NCBI GenBank assembly: GCA_964036045.1
Contig: OZ038379.1
Span: 69,564,001 to 69,628,000 of the forward strand
Direction of reading: 5' to 3'
Length of the DNA: 64,000 nt
DNA from: Eutreptiella sp. 'Long Island Sound 2002'
Lineage: Eukaryota > Protista > Euglenida
The notes beneath the pieces are model-generated. The model saw nothing but the letters and a program-made list of their open reading frames with translations. It was not told where the DNA came from and ran no database searches. Positions within the stretch are counted from its first letter, which is position 1. Each line of letters starts with the position of its first letter. A program made the translations under genes and the position numbers. Below are positions 55,790-64,000 of this stretch, piece after piece.

Positions 55790-58130
55790 TGTTCAGACCT
55801 CACCTTTGCTTTCTTTGTGAAAATGTCCACTCAAAACTCGCACCCCCTTTCCTAAATGAGGTCACTCTCACTCCCCAACCCGTCCGCTTGCACCCCGGGC
55901 CACTACCAGGGCATCCCCCTTCGCCCCGCGCACATTGGAGGAGGCCACGTACACGGTGGGCCTGGCAATGGGGGAGGTGGTGGGGTGGGCGAAGAGGTGG
56001 GCCACTCCGCCCCACTTGATTCATGTTGACATGCGAAAAGCCAAAAGGGCGGGATGGCTTGGGAAAAAAGGTTGGGCCACTCACCTTTTTCGGGAGTTGC
56101 AGGCGGCCCTCCCGAGGTTGCGGGCCGTCCGGCTCATTCCCACCGGTTCAACCGTGGACAGCCTTTTGGCAATCATGGCCACGCACACCATGGGCAAACC
56201 GAAGCCCGGCCTCTATGCCATTTACCCCACCACTAACTTCGTTCACTGCCACCAAGCGGATGGACATGATTGCCATCAATAACTACTTTCCTGCCGGTGA
56301 GCTGCAAGCTGACCACTCTAACCTTCCTTTTGAATGGCAGGCAGTGCAGACCCAGTGGTGGGACGATCTGGGCATCTTGCCCAGCCACCCGACCGTACCC
56401 CCTCTCCACCACATCCCAGATACCACACTTCCCACTCTCCATAGGATGAAGGGGCTCAGTTGGTATCGGGGAATCGCGGACACCCCCCCCCTTCATTACG
56501 GCCGTGCCCCCCTTGCGCAGAGCACCCCTGCAGGACCCCCCCCTCGTATGCCACCGCCAACCCCTCCGTGATGGCTGACGGCCCAGCCCCCCCGATGGGT
56601 CGTAACTTCATGGACGGCCTCGGCTACACAGTCCCCCACGATATTCTTCTCGCGGAGGATCGCAAGACCACCTGGGGGAGGCCGGAAAAAATTTGGGGGG
56701 GGGGCCAAGTTCCTCAACATTTTGACCCGGTTTTCAAAGTGAAACCGGTGTAGAAGCAGAGGAAGGACCCCACCCTCCCCCATCGGTACCAGTCCAAGCC
56801 CTCCAAAAACTGGGGAATTGGCAAGTGCCCTTATTAGAAAATTTATCAACAGCATCAACGAGCGTGTCCAGCCCCCCCCCCCCCCCCGTGTGCACCAACC
56901 ATCCCACCTTCGTCATCCCCTCGGCGGCATGTCTCCACCCCGTGCCGGTCCATGGCGCGGACGCTATCCTCTGGCGGGGGCCGTACTAGCTCGATCTGAC
57001 CAAGATTGCGCGGACGGACGGCGATGCCCTAGTGCAGTGGGCGATTGGCCACTTCTTGCCGCTCGCACGGAAGGCAAGCGCGTGGCAGCTGCTAAACGAC
57101 GCGCCGCTGTTCCGCAACACCAAGGAGGTGAAGAAAGGGGGATGGAGTATCAGACGTGCGATTGCAAGGTATGCAAACAAAATACGTGTTGCGGAACCCG
57201 AAAGTCATGCGAGTTGCCCGCGATTTTTGCGTGATTGTGCCATCCTTGCGGGTTGTGTAGTCCATTCGCAACTTGCTTCCGGTCTGCTAACGTCGCGCAA
57301 CTTAAGCGAGATTTTTGAGCAATTTTTTGGTTTCATAGTTCGGTTTGCTCTTTTGTGATCACTGTTTGTTTCTAGGAGACGTGGAACTGCTGGGAACCTA
57401 ACCCGCGGGTGCTGAGCCCTACGGAGCTGCGATGTGGCCCTGCCTCGGGGCCCAGTGGGGCAGCGGGTCGCGTCCACTTTCGTCCTCTCCAAGAGGACGT
57501 TCCTTGGAGCACCGCTCGGGATGTCTCGCCCTCCCAAGCTGCCCCAGCTGCCCCGCCACCTTCTCACACGGTGGTCGTGGCACAGCCCAATGCGCAGACC
57601 GGGGCCACCAGTTACCCGCCCTACACCCCCCCCATCATAGCGCTGAGCATGATGCACGTCAAGCCCCCGTTCGCCTGGAGGCTCAAGCTTCCGGGCCGGA
57701 AGCGGGCTAGAATCGATCTCATGGCGGCGACGTGGGAGGTGGATGTGGAGACGCAGGTGGGGAAGAACACGCTCGCCATCCGCATTTTGTTCCCCTGCGC
57801 TGTCCACGTGGCGGGGGTGCAGCTGAAGGATGGGGGGCAGCTTGTGGGGCTGTATGCCTACCGGTTGGGCCGGGGGCATTGGAAGCTGGACACGGCAATT
57901 CTAGGGAGGCAAAGGGTGGCTCATGGACAATTGGTTTGGCACGGGGTGATGCCATCACCGGGCCGACGGGGTGGGGGGACCGCATGGAGGCAGGCCGTTC
58001 CCGCCTGAATGCACAAGTGGTACTTGGGGGGAGAGGGCCAAGAAGGTGGAAACGTGGGAGTCCGACTTTGACCGGTCAGACGGGGGGAAGACGTGGGGGG
58101 CCCTAGAGGTGTCCGTGTGGGCGACCTAAT
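55790..58130 (+). pseudogene. ORF X copy (near full length, no linked transposase); GT-AG intron 57169-57375
   Basis: Homologous to 16711-18900. The intron is at the same position (CDCK^ETWNC). Confidence 0.7.
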
Positions 58131-58139
58131 CGCCGGACT

Positions 58140-58500
58140 CCACACCGGACACAACGGTTCAGGGAGGGATCGGCCCGTTGTTTTTCCACAGGTTACACGT
58201 TAAACACAACACCAAAAACTGTGGAACTTTATCCCCCCCCCGCCCACACTTTCTCCACCCGTTCCCAAGGCGCCTTGCGGTTGGCGGAAGTGAGGGCGTC
58301 TCCACTCACCGTATACCCAAGCCCACCAAAAAAGGTCCCGGGCATTAGAGGTGCGCTGCGGGCGGGATGGAGGGAGGGGTTAGGGGTTGCATAGGTGGGC
58401 GGGTCCGGCAAGGGGGCGGTTCGCAAAGGCGGTTCGGGGGTAATCAAGGGGGGAAGGGGGGGCGGCCAATCCTCGATACCTGACTCAACCAACAAATGTG
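58140..58500 (-). pseudogene. Inverted internal fragment of ORF X
   Basis: PTYATPNPS..TFFGGLGYTVSGD..RKAPWERVEKVWAGGG vs PSYATANPS..NFMDGLGYTVPHD..RKTTWGRPEKIWGGG at 56460-56753. Confidence 0.75.
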
Positions 58501-58999
58501 ATGAAGCGTGGGCAGTGTGATGTCGGGGATGTGGTGGAGGGGGGGACTAGAGAAAACCTTGTGGATGCAAAGTGATGCGGGCCAAAGAAACACATACTTT
58601 TCATTCAATACTTTTGTACACTGCTGTGATTAATATGTTGAGAAGCAAGCAAAACGCAAAGCAGTGATACTCAATGTTAGGACTCCACAAAAAAACACTG
58701 TTTTGTACGACAGAGCGGACCATGCAAACAAAACAATCATACTTCAACAAAAATGTTGATTTTAGTCGAAATAATGGTCTGCAAGCCGATGGTTGGAAGC
58801 GGAAGCCATCAAAATAAGTATACCAATACCACATATTGTATCGAGCCGTTGCCCTTGCACCCTTGCTTGCCTTGGCGGTCAAAGCAGACAAGGCAGTGCT
58901 CCGCACTACCTTTGGTTGGGGACTACCCTTTTGGGGCCTAAGAGAGTCACTTGGGGTACCAGCTGATGTGGACTTGCGTCGTTTTTTGGCTACCCCTTT

Positions 59000-60040
59000 C
59001 TCAGGTGTGCCACAATCGATAGTAGGAGGGATGCACCCTTCGTCATATGTGCCATTTTGGATATGGGTCCCAACGGACACTCTGCTCGGAAATGCTCGGA
59101 AAGATGGGCGTCAAAATCGGGCCGGAATGTACCCTTTGTGAACCGCACTTTTGATGAAAATGCGCACGTCCCTGACTTTTGGCCCATTTTGCCCGTTATT
59201 CGGTGCCCGTTTGCCCGTTCGCCGTGCTTACTTCGCCAAAAATTAAAGAAAATTAAAGCTACACAAAATGTAGCCCAAGTGGTAGCTAACGTCCGTTACA
59301 TTCGGAAAAAATTGTTCAATTCGCGCGAATATTCGCACGTCACGTTCGCATGTCTCGTTCGCATTCGCATCTAATTTCTAATCGCTCAAAGATCGTGCGA
59401 ATATGTCCAAGATTTTTCAAGTTCCGCTCTTTTCCATGCTTTTGTTCCCCTGTGCTGCTCTCATTTCTATTGCAATGGTTCTCTCGCAACATGGTAGCCT
59501 CCCAGACCTAGCCGCCTAAAACCACGCCCACTTCCTAGCCCTCCCGCGCCGCCCGGACACGCTGGAGGAGAGCACATACACGGGGGGCCCGCTGGTGGGG
59601 GAGGCGGTGGAGTGGGCAAAGGGTGTGGACCCCCCCCCCCAGCCCCTTCCACATTGACACGCGTGCGGGTGCTCTCCGCAAGAAGGGGTGGGCCACGGAC
59701 CTGCGGCACCCGTTGCAGTTGGCCCTCCCCAATTTGAGGGCCGTCCGCCTTATCCCCGACCCCAAAATCGTTGACTCCCTCCTGGGGGTCGTGTCACAGC
59801 ATGGGACAGGGAAGTTGAAGTCGGGGGTTTGCACCGTCTTCCCCACCGCTTTCCTCCTCCACTGCCCGCCGCCCCCCCCCCCTGCGTGGACATGATTGCG
59901 TTGATGAGTACTTCCCTGCCGGTGATCCGCAAGGGGACCATTCTTCGTTCCCCTTTCGGTGGCAGACCGCCACTACTTATGCTCAGTAGTGTAATGACTT
60001 GGGGCCTTTCCCCGCCCACCCTGAGGTGCTACGTTTGAGC
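59000..60040 (+). pseudogene. ORF X 5' fragment with its TTCGCGCGAA-rich upstream region
   Basis: TLEESTYTGG..HIDTRAGALRKKGWATDL..LALPNLRAVRLIP matches 55935-56282. Upstream region parallels 55400-55760, including a short CTxCE ORF end. Confidence 0.72.
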
Positions 60041-60449
60041 AACTCTACATGAAAACAATCAAATCTGTGGTATGGTTTACCACGTTTTCCAAATGTCCCT
60101 GGGGCAACTAATTGGCAAAAAAACCCAACAAACAAACTTTTGGGGGGGGGGGTGGGATTTTTGCTTTACAAACCCCAATTCCAAAAAGTCGTTTTTCAAA
60201 ACCATCCATATCAATCTGGGGATTTTCCAGGGTGGTCACTTAGAGGTGCTTAAGGAGAGAGGTGCGTGTGATATACTTTGGGTGGGTTGGTATGTCTACA
60301 ACGAAGCCTATTAGAGACCATCAAACCAAAAATGTTGAGGGTGTCTCTACACCGGGGCGTGGCACGGCGACATGCTCTTCAACCTGAAGGCATGTTGGTG
60401 TCTATGCTAATGCACAAGAATTATTCCTTCCCTGTTTTAACAACAGGTG

Positions 60450-62870
60450 AGCCACCATCGATATTACGACTTTTGGACCCTTTCCCATGTGTTCCGACAT
60501 CCACAGCACGGCTGTTGCACCCTTTCTCATGTGTGCCAATATTTGCAACAAGAGGGTGGGACCCTTTTTCATGTGTGCCACATTCCGCAATAGGACTTTC
60601 GGACCGTTTCCCATGTGTGCCACCATCCACAAGAGTGCTGGACCCTTTCACATGTGTGCCACCATCGATAGTAGGACTTTTGGTGCCTTTCCCATGAGTG
60701 CCACCATCCGTAGTAGGAGTTTTGGACCCTTTGCAATGTATGCACCATCCACAAGAGTGTTGGACGCTTTCTCATGTGTGCCACCATCCACAAGAGGACT
60801 TTTGGACCCTTTCCCATGTGTGCCGCCATTCGCAGTCACACTGTTGGACCCTTTCCCAATGTGTGCCACCAACAACAAGAGTGTTGGACCCTTTCCCACG
60901 CGTGCCACCATCCACAAGAGTGTCCGACCCTTTCTAGTGTGTGCCACCATCCACATGTGGGCCACCAGCGGCATTGATGGTAGGATTTTCGAACCCTTTC
61001 CCATGTGTGCCACCATCCACAAGAGTGTTGCACCCTTTCCCAATGTGTGCCACCATCAATGATAGGACTTTTGGACCCTTTCCCATGTGTGCCACCATCG
61101 GTAGTAGGATTTTTGGACCCTTTTGAATGTGTGCACCCATCGAAAAGAGTGCTGGACCCTTTCTCCTTTGTGCCACCATGCGCAGTACGACTTTCGGACC
61201 CTTTCCCGATGTGTGCCACCATTCAAAAAAGCGTTCGGCCGGTTCCGATGTGTGCCACTGGCCGCAAAAGCACTGTTGGACCGTTTCCCATATGTGGCAC
61301 CATCCGCGGTAGGACTGTTGGACACTTGCCCATGTGTGCCACCACGGACAGTCGGACTTTTGGACCATTTTCCATGTGTGCCACCATCCAAAGTAGGACT
61401 TTTGGACCCTTGCCCATGTGTGCCACAATCGACAAGAGTGTTGGACCCTTGCTCATGTGTGCCACTGTCTGCAGTAGGACTTTAGGACCCTTTCTCATGT
61501 GTGCCACCATCCTTGTTAGAACGTTTGGACCGTTTCCCATGTGTGCAACTATCGGCAGCAAGACTTTCGGACCCTGTCCCATGTGCGCCACCACGGATAG
61601 TAGGACTTTTGGACCCTTTCCCATGCGCACCACCATCCATAGTAGGGCTTTTGAACCCTTTTCCACGTGTGCCACCGTCCACAAGAGTGTTGGACCATTT
61701 CCCCTGTGTACCACCATCCACAGTAGGACGTTTGGACCCTTTCCCATGTGTGCCACCATCCGCACTAGGACTACTGGACTCTTTCCCATATGTGCCCCCG
61801 TCCACATCACGACTTTTGGGGCCCTTCCAATATGTGCCACACTCCCTAGTCGTACTTTTCGACTCTTTCCCATGTGTGCCACCATCCGCGTCAGGACGTC
61901 TCGACCCTTTCCAATGTGTGCCGATATCGGCAGTAGGACTTTTGGACCCTTTCCCATGTGTGCCACCATCCGCGGCAGGACTTTTGGACCCTTTCCCATG
62001 TGTACGACCATCGATAGTAGGGCTTTTGAACCCTTTCCCACGTGTCCCACCGTCCACAACATTTTTCGACCATTTCCCATGTGTGCCACCATCCGCAGTA
62101 GGACATTTGGACCCTTTCCCAATGCGTGCCACCGTGCACAAAAGTGTTGGGCCCTTTCCCAACTGTGCCACCATCCACAAGCTCTCTAGAGTGCTAGACC
62201 TTTTCCCATGTGTGCCACCACTGATAGCGGGAACTTTGGACCCTTTCCCAATTTGTGCAACCATCGACAACAACGTTGGACCATCTGCCATGCGTACCAC
62301 CATCAATAGTAGGATGTTTGGACCCTTTCCCATGTGTGCCACCATCCGCAAGAGTGTAGGAAATTTTCACATGTGTGCCACAATCCGCAGTAGTACCTTT
62401 GCACCCTTTCCCAACGTGTGCCACCATCGACAAGAGCGTTAGACCCTTTACCATGTGTGCCACCATCTGCATTGCGACTTTTGGACCATTTCCCGTGAGT
62501 GCCACCATCGCAAAGAGTGTTGGACAATTTCTCACGAGTGCCACCATGCACAATAGTGTTGGACCATTTCGCATGTGTGCCACCATCAATTGTAGGGCTT
62601 TTGGACCCTTTCCCATGTGTGCCACCACCAGTAGGACGTTTGGACGCTTTCCCACGTGTGCCGACATTGATATTAGGACTTTTGGACCCTCTCCCATGTG
62701 TGCCACCGTTTGCAGCAAGTCTTTGGGACCCTTTCCCACGTGTGCCACCATCCGCACAAGGACTTTTGGACCCTTCCGTGTGTTGGACCCCTTCGCATGT
62801 GTGTCACCATCAATAGCAACAGTGTGTGGTCCTTTCCCATGTGTGCCACAATCACCATTAGGACCTTTCA
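60450..62870. repeat. 39/42-bp minisatellite, consensus (AGTAGGACTTT|AAGAGTGT)TGGACCCTTTCCCATGTGTGCCACCATC, roughly 60 units
   Basis: Direct reading of two alternating unit classes. Long open frames on both strands follow from the unit length being a multiple of 3. Confidence 0.95.
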
Positions 62871-63282
62871 GGGGTCCATGGTTGCCAATGCCAAAGCAAC
62901 ATCATTCGCCAAGGCAAAACCAAAACCACACACGGTGCAAAGGAAATTTAGGCAAAACCAAAGGCAAAATTGGCCAAAACCAGGAAAACCAAGAAACTCC
63001 AGGGAAAAACCACCGACAACCAAAAAAAATCGGGAAACGTGGGGAACACCAATGTGGTAGGGTAAACTGGGTGGGCGGTACGGACGCGGTGGCTTAAGGA
63101 AGTGAACATGTGGCAAAAGGGACCCTCCACTCCAAGTCCACGGCCAAAAAAAAGGAAATGCCGCCCATAGCCGCTTCCATCCCCTACAATTTAGTGCAAG
63201 GTCGTTGTACGTAGGGGAGGCTTGAGAAGAGGACGAGAGGAGCCCCGGCACTCATGGGCTTTGGAAGAAGAGGGAAGCGGAC

Positions 63283-63405
63283 GGAGGACAATGGAAGAGG
63301 CAAGAAGACATGGAAGAGGAGGGAAGACAATGGAAGAGGAGGGAAGACGATGGAAGAGGAGGGAGGACGATGGAAGAAGTGGGAGGTGGATGAAGAAGGA
63401 TGCAC
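63283..63405. repeat. Purine-rich ~20-bp tandem repeat (GACGATGGAAGAGGAGGGAA)
   Basis: About 5-6 adjacent diverged copies. Confidence 0.85.
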
Positions 63406-64000
63406 CACCTTCTACCGTGTTTGAACAAGAGGAACAATACCATTCATGGCAAACCTCAACCTTCCCAAATGGTGTGCATCTGTCAACCTTGCATTCCAAC
63501 CATCGCCCGAAATTGGATGCCCCACGAAGACCAATTTGTTTGCCGGTGCAGCTACTGTGGCCTGGCTTATTCAAAGCCTTGGACAACGAGGATGCAGATA
63601 ACCAGTTCTTCGATGGGTCCAGTAAGAAGCTAAGCTTGACAAAACAAACCTCGGTGTGCACAACAAAAGAAAGGGTGTCCATTACTAATATACAGGGAAG
63701 CAAGAAAGGAAGAAGGGAAGCTTTGGCTTGCACAAGGGAGCAACGCTCAAACAAAGAAGGGAAGGTGTACTCTGGTTTTACCTTGGTTTTTCCTGGTTTT
63801 TCCACGGGGGCCGCCGCTAGCCAATGTGTGACCCCAAGGAGCGTTCGACAGCTGGGGGGGCTGTGGGGGGGGGGGGGGGGCAGCCCCCTCCGAAGGGGGG
63901 GGGGGGACCCCCCCTTCGTTGACCCAAACCCAACACCTTTTCCGTCAGGCCCGGTCCAAGCGCACAAACAAACAAAGCTAAGAAGACGCATTGTGACCGG

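Noticed and set aside
63191-63991. 266-aa minus-strand ORF as a gene
   Set aside because: It crosses a simple repeat and G/C homopolymers, and shows no domain signal.

Overview
Eukaryotic, GC-rich window that is almost entirely repetitive: a nest of decayed transposons and tandem arrays, with at most one host-gene exon (7098-8261). TTAGGG tracts, GT-AG introns and a gag-YR-RT/RH retroelement suggest a euglenozoan, probably euglenid, genome; this is inference. Main contents: (1) a palindromic ~45-bp satellite with an 8-bp-TSD MITE inserted in it; (2) two MULE-like 3' remnants (SWIM, Zn finger, Ulp1, SAP-like); (3) family A, a RAG1/Transib-like DDE transposase preceded by a spliced accessory gene (ORF X, possible GNAT N-terminus), with 2 transposase copies and 5 ORF X pieces; (4) PIF1 helicase fragments, one followed by an SLX1-type GIY-YIG nuclease; (5) a tandem pair of ~2.9-kb non-coding elements built from ~1.17-kb modules separated by TTAGGG tracts; (6) a near-complete VIPER/TATE-like tyrosine-recombinase retroelement with split direct repeats; (7) element C (38702-45526, 21-bp TIR, 5-bp TSD; degenerate DDE-like ORF plus NTPase-like ORF); (8) element B (49621-55015, 44-bp TIR, possible 2-bp TSD; a second RAG1/Transib-like transposase plus a spliced ORF2); (9) a 39/42-bp minisatellite. 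The most striking pattern: in unrelated element families, the introns of the element's own genes carry the same family-specific palindromic motif found near its ends or upstream regions. This is clearest in element B and weaker in A and C. All domain calls are by-eye motif recognition without database searches, and some frameshifts at G/C homopolymers may be sequencing errors.
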